Below, piece after piece: positions 40,404 to 50,596 of a DNA stretch of 64,000 nucleotides. The stretch covers positions 288,001 to 352,000 of the forward strand of contig JAHPZA010000006.1 in assembly GCA_019058445.1 (NCBI GenBank), given 5' to 3'. Position 1 is the first letter of the stretch, and every line of letters starts with the position of its first letter. The notes under the pieces are model-generated. The model saw only the letters and a list, made by a program, of their open reading frames with translations. It did no database searches and was not told the origin of the DNA. Source of the DNA: Promethearchaeota archaeon (GTDB lineage: Archaea > Asgardarchaeota > Lokiarchaeia > Sigyniarchaeales > SOKP01). Both the position numbers and the translations under genes were made by a program.

Positions 40404-41846
40404 ATGAGTGATGTAATAGAAACAAGATTAATTCCTAATAATATGTTATTTATTATCCCAAGTTGGGGAGATTTATTAGGATATCCTACTTTAGGAAGAT
40501 ATGTTAATCATTATGTCTCAAAAATTCAATCTGATCTGGTCTTATTTTTACCCGGCTTAGAATCCACAATAACTATAGAAAAATCTACAGAGCTGGAAAC
40601 GGAAACAAGGACTTCTCATTACCTGTTTGGATTAGGTTATTATTATACGAAATTTGAGCTTCAATCCGGAAGATATATTACGGATAATAGGGAGTTAACG
40701 GGTTTAATTTTATCTGATTTTGTTTATGACCATCTGGCAACTTCAAAAAATATTACCCTTGAAAACGATCCAGATGTAATTATTGCTGATAAGCTTTTTA
40801 AGGTTCCATTAGATTTATCAAATAAATCAGTAACTCAACAATCATTTATTAAAGGTGCTTTAATGAGAAATTTTTTTATCCCATATAAGGATATATTTTT
40901 AGAATTTATAGAAACAATAAAAAAGCCAAGTTCTTATCAACTCGGCCAGGGACATGTCCTTTTAAGTACCCACTGGGACTCTTTTAACAAAATATTAATT
41001 TCCACCGAGATGATGAAAGATAAACGGAGTAAATTTATGGAGAATACAGCCGGAATAAATGAAATTATATTAGGTTCAGATCGTCATTTAAAAACTATAT
41101 TTTCTGCAACCGAACGCCAAAAAATTTATGATACTATCCTTAATTTAAAAAAAGTTTATTCGGAACTTGAGTTCGATCCGATGTACTTATTTTCAATTAT
41201 AGATAACGCCTCAAAAGTTATAATCTCTAGACCCTATTTATCTCCAATGAGTAAACCTCCCTTAAAATCAGATACAAGATTGAAGGAATCAGTATTTATA
41301 TCTGCTAGGAGTCGATTAAATTCCTTGGTTGAGTGGCCCGAACAATTCAAAAGAAATACTAAAACAGAATTAGAGAGTATGGCCGTTTACAAGGAATTTA
41401 AAGAACATCCCCCAGTTACTAAAGTTTCTAAACCAATTGAACAGAATGAGGAAATTGCTGCCGAATTTGAAAAACATGCGGCAGGAGAAGATATAAAATT
41501 CGAGCTAAGAACCCAAAAACGGCCTGTTGTTGAAATTAAGCCCCTACCACCACCAGAAAAAGATGATGTATTAATCATTCTTCTATATATAAAAGAGATT
41601 ATAGAAAAAGATTATGATATTCAATCCATTGGAAAAGCTTTTGAAATCGCTAGAGATAAGCTTAGAAAAATTATTCTTCAATCTAAATTCATGTGGGAAA
41701 TGAGCAAATATGCAAATCTATATGCTAAATTTGAAGAGCCGAACCTCGGATTAAGTCAAAAAGAGAAAATTGAATTATTAGATAGAGTTAATGAATGGAT
41801 CGAAAATGCAATTAAAGAAAAAGATGACTTTATAAAGAAGAAGTGA
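40404..41846 (+). CDS. Hypothetical protein (480 aa)
   Basis: Long ORF; globular N-terminus, Pro/Lys/Glu-rich linker, helical C-terminus. Confidence 0.7.
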   Translation: MSDVIETRLIPNNMLFIIPSWGDLLGYPTLGRYVNHYVSKIQSDLVLFLPGLESTITIEKSTELETETRTSHYLFGLGYYYTKFELQSGRYITDNRELTGLILSDFVYDHLATSKNITLENDPDVIIADKLFKVPLDLSNKSVTQQSFIKGALMRNFFIPYKDIFLEFIETIKKPSSYQLGQGHVLLSTHWDSFNKILISTEMMKDKRSKFMENTAGINEIILGSDRHLKTIFSATERQKIYDTILNLKKVYSELEFDPMYLFSIIDNASKVIISRPYLSPMSKPPLKSDTRLKESVFISARSRLNSLVEWPEQFKRNTKTELESMAVYKEFKEHPPVTKVSKPIEQNEEIAAEFEKHAAGEDIKFELRTQKRPVVEIKPLPPPEKDDVLIILLYIKEIIEKDYDIQSIGKAFEIARDKLRKIILQSKFMWEMSKYANLYAKFEEPNLGLSQKEKIELLDRVNEWIENAIKEKDDFIKKK

Positions 41847-41847
41847 T

Positions 41848-42732
41848 TTAGAGTTCTTTTGGAAAATGAGTTACTTTTGGTCTTGTTTCAATTTCGGGAT
41901 AAATCTTACCTGTGATAGGAGGGGAACTATTATAAATCTCTTCAATATCAATTAATCCATACTCAACATCATCAACTTTTTGAGGACCTGTATAGGTTCC
42001 CTTAACAATTTGATTAGCCATATCAAAATTCGCTCCAATAACAGCAACCTTAGAATTAACGGGAATTTTTAAGAAATCTTCTTTTAAAGCGACTATCGGA
42101 AAATAGAGTCGGTTATGATCAACTGCTTCTAATTGGAGATGAGGAATAATAATGGGATACCCATCTGCGGGATCAATATATGCAAGGGCTCTTATACCGA
42201 TTGGATTAGTAAATAGTTTGTATCCTATCACATTTAATCGCTTTTCATCAAGTCCAGTTTTGGCAGTTTTCTTTATTTCCCTAACTACTTTCTTAGGGAT
42301 ACCTCCAAATGGTAAGTCTCTTATGGAGGTGACCGCAACAACCTTATTATAAAATACTTTATAGACGTTTACATAAGTAAAGTATCGCATAAAGTCTGAA
42401 TCATTAAAGTATTCAAGTTCTTCTCCCTCAGCTTTCGTGTGACTGAAATCGGCTTTTATTTGAATGAATTTAAATGGAGTTTCAGCAGTCATGTAAAAAA
42501 TACCTTGCTTTGGATTATTTAGTACATATTCCTTGCTCAAACCCTTAGTAAATTGTCCCCAGACTATTTGGTCTTTACTTATAGCGCGATTACTTGAAAT
42601 CATTGTAATATGAGGCCAATTTCGCGGATCAACTGTAGCGATTAATTTTACCATAATATCTGGTTGTGTAAACTTAATAATTTCTTCCGAAAGTTCGGAA
42701 GACCATTGAGGCAACTCATCTTTATTTTGCAT
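41848..42732 (-). CDS. Pyridoxamine 5'-phosphate oxidase-like (tandem split-barrel) protein
   Basis: LIATVDPRNWPHIT and a second repeat ALAYIDPADGYPII. Confidence 0.65.
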   Translation of the reverse strand: MQNKDELPQWSSELSEEIIKFTQPDIMVKLIATVDPRNWPHITMISSNRAISKDQIVWGQFTKGLSKEYVLNNPKQGIFYMTAETPFKFIQIKADFSHTKAEGEELEYFNDSDFMRYFTYVNVYKVFYNKVVAVTSIRDLPFGGIPKKVVREIKKTAKTGLDEKRLNVIGYKLFTNPIGIRALAYIDPADGYPIIIPHLQLEAVDHNRLYFPIVALKEDFLKIPVNSKVAVIGANFDMANQIVKGTYTGPQKVDDVEYGLIDIEEIYNSSPPITGKIYPEIETRPKVTHFPKEL

Positions 42733-42782
42733 TAATTATACACCCTTATGAATTGTAGAACTTAATATTATTTATTATTTTT

Positions 42783-43796
42783 CTAACACGATGGTAATTT
42801 AGTTTCTTTCTCGTTTTGGACTTTATTATTGCTTTTTTCTTTTTTTTTAGTCAAGCCCGACCATTGAACATTTTTCACACCCGTACGTTTCGCAATTTCA
42901 TAAAGAATTTCTATCTCTTCGTTAGTCATTAAGTCTTCATCTTTTAAAGGCCAATCCCAATCCAATCGCTCATATTTCGCAGTACATAAATTATTAAAGG
43001 AAAGGAGGTCCCACCTGGAAGGAAAGTTTTCCAATTTATCAACAATAAATTTACCAATCCCACTTATATTTTCTTCAGTAGCGGTATATCTGGGTATAAT
43101 TGGAGTTCTTATCCACATTTCTTTATTATTATTCTTTAAGTAATCCTTAATCCAGATGGCATTTTCCAAAATCCTTTCATTGGGAACACCTGTAAATTTT
43201 TTGTGCTTCTCAGAATCAATTTCTTTAATATCTAATAAAACTAAATCAACAAACGGTAAAATTTTTTCATATGTTTCCTTTGAAGTATAACCACAAGTGT
43301 CTAAGGCAGTAGAAATTCCATCTTCTTTACATAATTTCAGGAAGTTTAAAAGAGCGTCGGGCTGGGTTGTAGGCTCTCCACCAGAGACCGTTATCCCACC
43401 TTTTGATTTCAAATAATAAGCTTTATCCTTCTGAACTTCATGATACAGATTATCTAAATTCCACCACTTCCCTAGCATATGTAAGGCAGTACTCGGACAG
43501 GCATCTTCACATTCCCCGCAACTTATACATTTATCTCGATCAATATGGAGGCCATCTTCTTCAAATAATAACGCATTTTGCTTACATGTTTCAATACAAG
43601 TTCTACAGCCGATACATTTATGCTTAAACCATTCCAATTGCTGTTTTCTTAAAATTGATTCGGGATTATGGCACCAAATACATTTTAAAGGGCATTGTTT
43701 AAAAAAAACAGTCGTTCGAATGCCTGGGCCATCCTCAGTGGACATCTTTTGTATCTCAAAAATATTCGCAAAATCTGAAGAACTTGAGTTTTCCAT
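42783..43796 (-). CDS. Glycyl-radical enzyme activating enzyme (radical SAM with ferredoxin insert)
   Basis: DGPGIRTTVF, CPLKCIWCHNPES, CIGCRTCIETC, CISCGECEDAC, SGGEP, DTCG. Confidence 0.93.
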   Translation of the reverse strand: MENSSSSDFANIFEIQKMSTEDGPGIRTTVFFKQCPLKCIWCHNPESILRKQQLEWFKHKCIGCRTCIETCKQNALLFEEDGLHIDRDKCISCGECEDACPSTALHMLGKWWNLDNLYHEVQKDKAYYLKSKGGITVSGGEPTTQPDALLNFLKLCKEDGISTALDTCGYTSKETYEKILPFVDLVLLDIKEIDSEKHKKFTGVPNERILENAIWIKDYLKNNNKEMWIRTPIIPRYTATEENISGIGKFIVDKLENFPSRWDLLSFNNLCTAKYERLDWDWPLKDEDLMTNEEIEILYEIAKRTGVKNVQWSGLTKKKEKSNNKVQNEKETKLPSC

Positions 43797-43966
43797 TTCT
43801 ATTAGCTAAATCAAAATGATTAATTATTACGTATTAAAAAGTAGCATTTTTGTTAAATTATACTCTTTTTGTATTCTATTAAATGCTTTTAAAAATATGA
43901 TAATATTTCATTAATTTTATTAGAGCTTTTATATGCGTTTAATCTAACATGCTTTATGATAATCTT

Positions 43967-45490
43967 CTAGTTAATATGATGATTAGTATATGGTATTCCT
44001 AACTCTTCTAATTGACTTTTTAAGTAATTCTCCATTTCAGAAAACTTAATCCAATATGGGATAACAATCAATTTCTTCCCATATAACCTGCACTGATCTA
44101 TTTTAAGCTTGTCATTTAGTTTTAATATCTCGAATTCTCTAAGAGATGAATGAAAATATGGAATATATTCATAATGTTGGACTCCATTATATTCAAAAGC
44201 AAGATTCAAGGAATCATTATATCCATCTAAATGTAATGGGTAACCTTTCATGCTTACTAACCAAAGAAATGTTTTGTGACGAGTAAACTTTACATTTAAA
44301 ATTTCTTCTAGCATTCTCTTACAAAATCTTTCTTCAATATAATCATTTATCTTTCCATTACAGTCTGGACAAGCTAATCCAATTAAAGTTCTTAAATTAC
44401 TAAGTGATTTATTGAAATTTTGATTACAGATTTTACATTTCCAAACTAAATCTGTTGTATTGTTCTGATAATCTTCTTCAGTAAATATTAATATCGCAAA
44501 CTTTCTTTCTCCTATCTTTCTATATTTAGATAACATTTCAGAGCTATGACTTTTTACTCTACAATGAGGACAAAACTCTCCCTCTCTCTCTAGATAATAC
44601 TTAATGCTATGAGGAGAAATTACCCAATTATAATTGCATTTATTACATCTGAACTCAATTTCAGTATTCCAATCAAAAAAATTAGATATAATAGTACAAT
44701 TATTTGTTTCGGTAATATTTTTAAAAAATTTAATATTATTGGATAAGATTTTCCTCTCTTTACAAACAGGGCATCCTTCCCAATTGTCTTTCATCAGGTT
44801 ATTTGCAGGTACAGCTTCCCAATGATGTCCGCATTCATTACATCTAAGTTTTAATGGTGTCCAGGCATTTAGAAATTCATCTGATAAAATATCAATATTT
44901 TTTTCTATAGCAATTCTTTTAAGATTTTTTAATATTTTATCCCTATCGTTCAAAGATTCTTCTAAATATTTCTCTCTCTGTCTACAAGAGGGACATCCCC
45001 CCCAAGGTTTATTAGCACAACCAACCATATTTTCTGGTCTCACAGACCATTTATGATTACATATTTCACACATTAAATCTAAAGATGTTTTGGCATTGAC
45101 ATATTCACTTAATCTGGTAAGTATTTTTGTATTTCTTGATATAGCAATTCTACAATATTTTTCATAAGATTTCTTTTTTCTTCGATTTTCTCGACATTCT
45201 GGACACCCTCCCCAGGGATCGTAATTATCTTTTATTATTTTTGGTTTAACTGACCAATTATAATTACAAATTCTACATTTCAGTCTTAATGGAGTTCTTG
45301 CATCTATATAGCTTTTTGAAAGAATTTCAATATTTTTTCTATCACAGATTTCTCTTAATTCTCTTAAATAATCTTTCTTAGTTTTTTTTGCTAAAAAAAC
45401 TTCAGAAGGATTATTTCTTCCACTAGAATCCTTCTTATTGTTAGTATTTACATCTATTAAATCCCAAATATGCTTGTTATTATCTTCCAT
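43967..45490 (-). CDS. Zn-ribbon-repeat protein with C-terminal Vsr/DUF559-like (PD-(D/E)xK) nuclease
   Basis: Five CxxC..(W/F)...CPxC repeats; LHLDGYNDSLNLAFEYNGVQHY...D..K...LIVIPYW. Confidence 0.75.
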   Translation of the reverse strand: MEDNNKHIWDLIDVNTNNKKDSSGRNNPSEVFLAKKTKKDYLRELREICDRKNIEILSKSYIDARTPLRLKCRICNYNWSVKPKIIKDNYDPWGGCPECRENRRKKKSYEKYCRIAISRNTKILTRLSEYVNAKTSLDLMCEICNHKWSVRPENMVGCANKPWGGCPSCRQREKYLEESLNDRDKILKNLKRIAIEKNIDILSDEFLNAWTPLKLRCNECGHHWEAVPANNLMKDNWEGCPVCKERKILSNNIKFFKNITETNNCTIISNFFDWNTEIEFRCNKCNYNWVISPHSIKYYLEREGEFCPHCRVKSHSSEMLSKYRKIGERKFAILIFTEEDYQNNTTDLVWKCKICNQNFNKSLSNLRTLIGLACPDCNGKINDYIEERFCKRMLEEILNVKFTRHKTFLWLVSMKGYPLHLDGYNDSLNLAFEYNGVQHYEYIPYFHSSLREFEILKLNDKLKIDQCRLYGKKLIVIPYWIKFSEMENYLKSQLEELGIPYTNHHIN

Positions 45491-45816
45491 ATAAATCTCC
45501 AGAATAATTAATTTTAAGCTTTTAGTGGGTTATAGGTTTATTAACTTATTCTAATTTAGATAACAAAATAAATTGGATGTTTTTTTTTAAATATAATTTA
45601 TCTAATTAATTAATATTAGATTATCTTTATAAATACATATACTGTTTCAGTTTTTCCTTTATATATTATATACAATTAATATTTTGAAATTTTTCCTTTA
45701 TAAAGAAAGGAATAATGTATGAAATTAAACATTCAAATATGATTTAATAAGTAAAAAATAGTATTTTTCTAAGGGATCTTAATGTTGTTAATATCATTAA
45801 GAAATTACATTGATTA

Positions 45817-46572
45817 TTATGAATAACTAACTATAATAATCATGATTAGCATCATTATTAATATAATCACATTACCAAGAGCAAAAACATATAACCAACC
45901 TTTACCTCCAGTTCTTTTTTTAACACCTTTATCTCTGAGTTGTGTAAGTAATATTTTTGTGTTTTCATCTTGGTTCTTTTTTTTGTTTATAGGATTATTT
46001 AATATTTGTAATGTTTCAAGGTGTTTCAAATTCATTAAAGATTCTGGTAGATTCTTTAGTTTATTTGCACCTATTTCTAATACTCTAAGGGACTTCAAAT
46101 CTCCTATTGACTCTGGAAGGAATTCTATTTTATTATAATCTAACTTAATTTTTTTGAGAGATATTAAATTTCCTATAGAATCAGGAATGGAATTTAATTT
46201 GCAATCAAAAGCATAAAACTCTTCAAGTGACTTTAGATTTCCGATAGTCTCTGGTAGAGTTGTTAACTCTGAATTAAAATGCAGATATAATATTTTTAGA
46301 TTTGTAAGGTTTCCTATTGATGCTGGAAGGTTTTTAAAATTATTTGCTGCTAAATTTAACATTACAAGTGAATTTAAGGCCCCTATTGATTCTGGCAACC
46401 TCCTTAATCTGCGATTATGTAATCCTAATCCCAAAACATTGCCATTCTCAATTTTTATTCCAAAAGTATTCCATGAGATTTTTCTTTTTAGGGGAATAGA
46501 TCTATGTAAATAACCTTCTAATTCCATTATAACCTGAGCTTGGTCAGGCTTAATGGTAATGTTTTCGTCCAT
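45817..46572 (-). CDS. Leucine-rich repeat protein with C-terminal TM anchor
   Basis: ~6 repeats of LPESIGxLxxLxxLxLxxN; terminal hydrophobic helix after KKR. Confidence 0.88.
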   Translation of the reverse strand: MDENITIKPDQAQVIMELEGYLHRSIPLKRKISWNTFGIKIENGNVLGLGLHNRRLRRLPESIGALNSLVMLNLAANNFKNLPASIGNLTNLKILYLHFNSELTTLPETIGNLKSLEEFYAFDCKLNSIPDSIGNLISLKKIKLDYNKIEFLPESIGDLKSLRVLEIGANKLKNLPESLMNLKHLETLQILNNPINKKKNQDENTKILLTQLRDKGVKKRTGGKGWLYVFALGNVIILIMMLIMIIIVSYS

Positions 46573-46701
46573 ATTAGTATTTGATAATGATTGGAAATTA
46601 TAAAATTATTCGATAAGCTTACTAAATTAAGAGTGCTTACTTAATAATTAAAGATAAGCATTTAGTGAATGTTTTATTTTATTCTAATATAAGTTAATAA
46701 C

Positions 46702-47688
46702 TTACTTATTAGCCGGAGGTTTAACTAAAAGAGTTTCTAACTCTTTTTTTAATAGCCTTTTTGGATTTTTTAGTTTCAGATATATATGAGGAGGTTTCCC
46801 GCTAGTATTCTCTATCCAATGGTTTTTTCCATGCTCTTGCTCAAGAATTATTCTATACCCCTTGAATTCTTCGAAAAATGGATTAACTCCAAGAACTCCG
46901 TATAATGTTGCAATGAGATCCCAACTATAATTACCCTTATTGGGTCCTTGCAAATAAATTTCATAACATTTTCTTACTGGATTAGTTTCAGGAGTATGAG
47001 AAGAGAGCAATTTACCAGTTAAAAATTGATTCCCATAAGTGGATACAACAAGTTCTGTGGGCCAATTATTAATAACCTTTTTGGCGGCATCCCAATCCAT
47101 TAACCAATTAAATTCAGCATTACACGATGGAAATCTGCCCATACCCATTGTTATTAATTTTGCTACTTTCGTTTCAATAAGCTTTAAACCAGAAAGTGGA
47201 TTAATATCATCTGGCTTGGAATCTAAAAGATTCTTTAATGCTGTTAGAAATCCAACAGCAATTATAACCACAGATTTATCTTCTGCTTGTGATAACAATT
47301 CACGGTATAATGTGATATCGTCCTTGAATTTGTGATTTTCTAATTCACTTGGATAAAACTGAGCAGCCACTTTTGGTGGATAATAGCCATTGGTTCTAGC
47401 AATATAATTCTTTTTTGCGAAGCGATACATTTTATACTTTTTACCATGATTATATTCCCTATCATAAACTATCCCTACTGGTATATTTGGTCTATTATAA
47501 TAGTGGTTAATACATACCGCAACCTTAGCCGTTGCTTCTACGGGAACATCACATACTATCCCTAATATATTAGTTTTTCCTTGATCCATTAAAGCGTGAA
47601 GAATTGCGAGAGCTCCTGTGTCATCACAATCAATGTCCATATCAGTATCAAATATCACAGGAATAGGCTTAGATTTAGTGTTTTTCAT
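46702..47688 (-). CDS. Nucleoside hydrolase (IU-NH family)
   Basis: PVIFDTDMDIDCDD Asp-cluster, AVGFLT, AEFN, SWD. Confidence 0.85.
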   Translation of the reverse strand: MKNTKSKPIPVIFDTDMDIDCDDTGALAILHALMDQGKTNILGIVCDVPVEATAKVAVCINHYYNRPNIPVGIVYDREYNHGKKYKMYRFAKKNYIARTNGYYPPKVAAQFYPSELENHKFKDDITLYRELLSQAEDKSVVIIAVGFLTALKNLLDSKPDDINPLSGLKLIETKVAKLITMGMGRFPSCNAEFNWLMDWDAAKKVINNWPTELVVSTYGNQFLTGKLLSSHTPETNPVRKCYEIYLQGPNKGNYSWDLIATLYGVLGVNPFFEEFKGYRIILEQEHGKNHWIENTSGKPPHIYLKLKNPKRLLKKELETLLVKPPANK

Positions 47689-47819
47689 AGGGTTATAATC
47701 TTTATCCCCTAATTTGTTTTAAGTTAGTTAGGAAAATGGAATACAATTAAAGAATATTTCAATAATAAATTGAGTTTTTAAAAAAGAAGTTTAAAACTGA
47801 AAATAAGAAAAAAAAATTG

Positions 47820-50429
47820 TTAGCTTAATATACTTTCAATAGCCTGTTTCGCATTAGAATAACCTAAATCTCTTGAGAGTTCTTCAGCTAGATTTTCAGC
47901 CATTTTTCTTGATGGTAAAACCACAGTACTTGCGTTTCCTCTAAAGCTTGGATGGTAATTTCCTATTATTTCGAGTGCTGCCTTTTTATCGCCTTTATCT
48001 GATAAAATTAAGGCAGATCGATACACTATTGCATCGGCCCATACTGGAGGATAAGTTAATTTTATGGCATCTAAACTTAATTGATAATATTTAAAAGCTT
48101 CCTCTTTCTCCCCTCTACGTTCATAGAATGCCGCTAAATTTCCGGGAATATTTTCTGGAGTTGCTTCCGTTACCACCCCCTCACTTAATTCTAAGCTTCG
48201 TAATGTTGCTTGTTTACATAATTCAAAATCATCTCCCATCTCTCCCATAATAGCAAGATTTCCACATAACTTTTGAGCAAACCGGGAAGGAAGATTATTA
48301 AGAGCATTATAAATCCATGGAGCCATTTTCTCTTTTAAATAGTCAAATATTGGTTTAGGTGAGAACCGTCTTGGATATTCTCCGGCTTCCCAAATTTCTT
48401 GAAATTTTTGCATTCCAACAGGATCTAAATATTGAACTCCATGAATCCATATTGAAATAAAAGCCATTTCCATCAATAATTTAACTAAGTCACTCGAAAT
48501 TTCAGCTTTTTGCATAACAGGAACAAAAGCTTCTCGAATTAAATCATCTATCTCATCAAGCATTTCTTTTGTAACCACTTTACTAGGATCTCTACGGTCT
48601 TCAGGATAGTTTTGCTGTGATATGGCATTAAGTAAATCGATATACACTTGGCTTTTATTATATTTAGAACTTAAATAGGGCGCAATTTGCAACGTAGTTA
48701 TGGCTAATGCTCCGGCTTGATCCTCAAATTCTTCATTTGTTGTACTTCTTATTGTAGCATCCACCTGTTTATCTAATAAATCAATCATATCTACAGTCAT
48801 TCCCATTAATTCATAAGTTCCTTTTTGATTTATATCAATGCAAGTTGCTTGAAACTGATCGTAATTTATTTGTCCTGAAAGAAATTTCTTCTTTTCTTCT
48901 TCCATTTGAGTTAAATATTTTTTCCACTCATCGGTATTAGGACGTTTTAATTGTAATTCAAATCCTAAAATGGATTGATCAGCTCTAGATTCGTCGGTAT
49001 TAACTTTCATTAATTCTTGCATTTTATAACAATAATTCGCTGCATTTGACGCAGCTTCTTGTAAGTCAAAGTATCTTGTTGTACCTATCAACGCATTTAG
49101 AAACATTAAGACATTTTGTGAATTATCGGTTAATCCCGGAAATTTATTTTGACTTATGAGTTCTCTAACACCTGTCTTGTATTCATTTCTAATTAATCTC
49201 ATAGCATTTTCAAAAGAAAGATTGAATATTTGCTGTTGATACTCTTCAACAGTAAGCTCTCCTGCTCCATATTTTTTTCCAAGTTCTTGCATTTCCTTGC
49301 CAATATTATAGGAAGCTGCTTCAGTGTCTTGACTAATTTCTTGTGTTTTTTTCATGAATTCTCTGAATGTTGATGAAAATTTTTGGCTTTCAGTTATCAC
49401 CAGTCCAATCATGTGAGACTCCGGGAACTCATTTACCCAATTTCTAAAGAACCTAATTCTATCAACTTCAGCTCGCGCAAAATGAGCGGCGACATTTTCG
49501 TACACTTGCATAGTTAAGTCGGCTAAAAATATACGAATACCTTCAAATTGCTCAATCGCTTTGATAAGCCCTCCAGGAAGTTCAGCTTCAGAAAATTCAA
49601 ACACATTCCAACAACTATTAAAAATATCTTTGAAATCTGGTCCCTTTTCCTCATCAGGATGCCGATTCCATAAGATTTTCTTTACTTTTGGGCCTATACG
49701 ATCCCAGAATCGTCTATAGTTTAAATGAGTAAAATCCCAACCAGAGTATCCCAAAAACAAGCAAGGATATTTTGTAAGTAAATATTCAAAAATAGCCGCT
49801 TTTGGAGCCGAAAACCCTTTCGCACTCTTATAAGCAGAAGCGACGCTTACTATTGTATCTGGACGCTCTATTGTGCCGTGGACTTTACATAATATGAATT
49901 TATTATCCTGACTAGCATTTGTCATATTGGTTTCAAAGTAATTTTGGTATTCAATATTATCAACTAAGATAATAAAATCAACATTCTCATCTCTTAATGC
50001 GTGTTCCAAATAAATATCAAAATTAGTCGTGAAACAAGCTTTTAGAATCCCTGCCTTGGCGAGTCTAGCGAGAGCAATATGCGTGGCATTCGGTTTTGCA
50101 ACATCTAATGCTTCAAATGCTTTATAAAACTTCGTATCCAAAATATTTGCGAAAGCCTCGAACACTTGTTCTGGTTGTTTTTCAGGATCTTTTAGAATCA
50201 TATCTTTTGGAAGGTTATAGGAATCAGGCACCCGATCAAAGAATGCTGTTAGGATTTCTTCAGTGAGGGTCCACCAAGAAGGAGAACAACTCGGCGGAGG
50301 AATTGATATTCCCGCTCCACAAAATGCTACAAAACCTTCTTTTATAATGGAAGGAAGTGTTTTATCCAATGGGAGAGGCTTTGATTTTTCTCCCCCATTA
50401 AAACCAGAATTATTTGGATTTAAAGACAT
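47820..50429 (-). CDS. SIR2-domain protein (putative NADase) with long helical/TPR C-terminus
   Basis: FCGAGIS..P.W, TTNFD, KVHG, LFLGYS.D; C-terminal TPR-like GNLAAFYERRGEKEEAFKYYQLSL. Confidence 0.85.
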   Translation of the reverse strand: MSLNPNNSGFNGGEKSKPLPLDKTLPSIIKEGFVAFCGAGISIPPPSCSPSWWTLTEEILTAFFDRVPDSYNLPKDMILKDPEKQPEQVFEAFANILDTKFYKAFEALDVAKPNATHIALARLAKAGILKACFTTNFDIYLEHALRDENVDFIILVDNIEYQNYFETNMTNASQDNKFILCKVHGTIERPDTIVSVASAYKSAKGFSAPKAAIFEYLLTKYPCLFLGYSGWDFTHLNYRRFWDRIGPKVKKILWNRHPDEEKGPDFKDIFNSCWNVFEFSEAELPGGLIKAIEQFEGIRIFLADLTMQVYENVAAHFARAEVDRIRFFRNWVNEFPESHMIGLVITESQKFSSTFREFMKKTQEISQDTEAASYNIGKEMQELGKKYGAGELTVEEYQQQIFNLSFENAMRLIRNEYKTGVRELISQNKFPGLTDNSQNVLMFLNALIGTTRYFDLQEAASNAANYCYKMQELMKVNTDESRADQSILGFELQLKRPNTDEWKKYLTQMEEEKKKFLSGQINYDQFQATCIDINQKGTYELMGMTVDMIDLLDKQVDATIRSTTNEEFEDQAGALAITTLQIAPYLSSKYNKSQVYIDLLNAISQQNYPEDRRDPSKVVTKEMLDEIDDLIREAFVPVMQKAEISSDLVKLLMEMAFISIWIHGVQYLDPVGMQKFQEIWEAGEYPRRFSPKPIFDYLKEKMAPWIYNALNNLPSRFAQKLCGNLAIMGEMGDDFELCKQATLRSLELSEGVVTEATPENIPGNLAAFYERRGEKEEAFKYYQLSLDAIKLTYPPVWADAIVYRSALILSDKGDKKAALEIIGNYHPSFRGNASTVVLPSRKMAENLAEELSRDLGYSNAKQAIESILS

Positions 50430-50596
50430 AAATAAACCACCTATAGGGTTAAAATCTTAAATAGTATATTTATTTTTTTCCCCCTTTTATTTTTTATTTT
50501 GAGACAAAATTGAATAAATATTATATATATTAGCAAGAAAGTATATTATTAACTAATTTTTGATAAAATTAAAAAAAAAAATAATGGGATAAAAAA

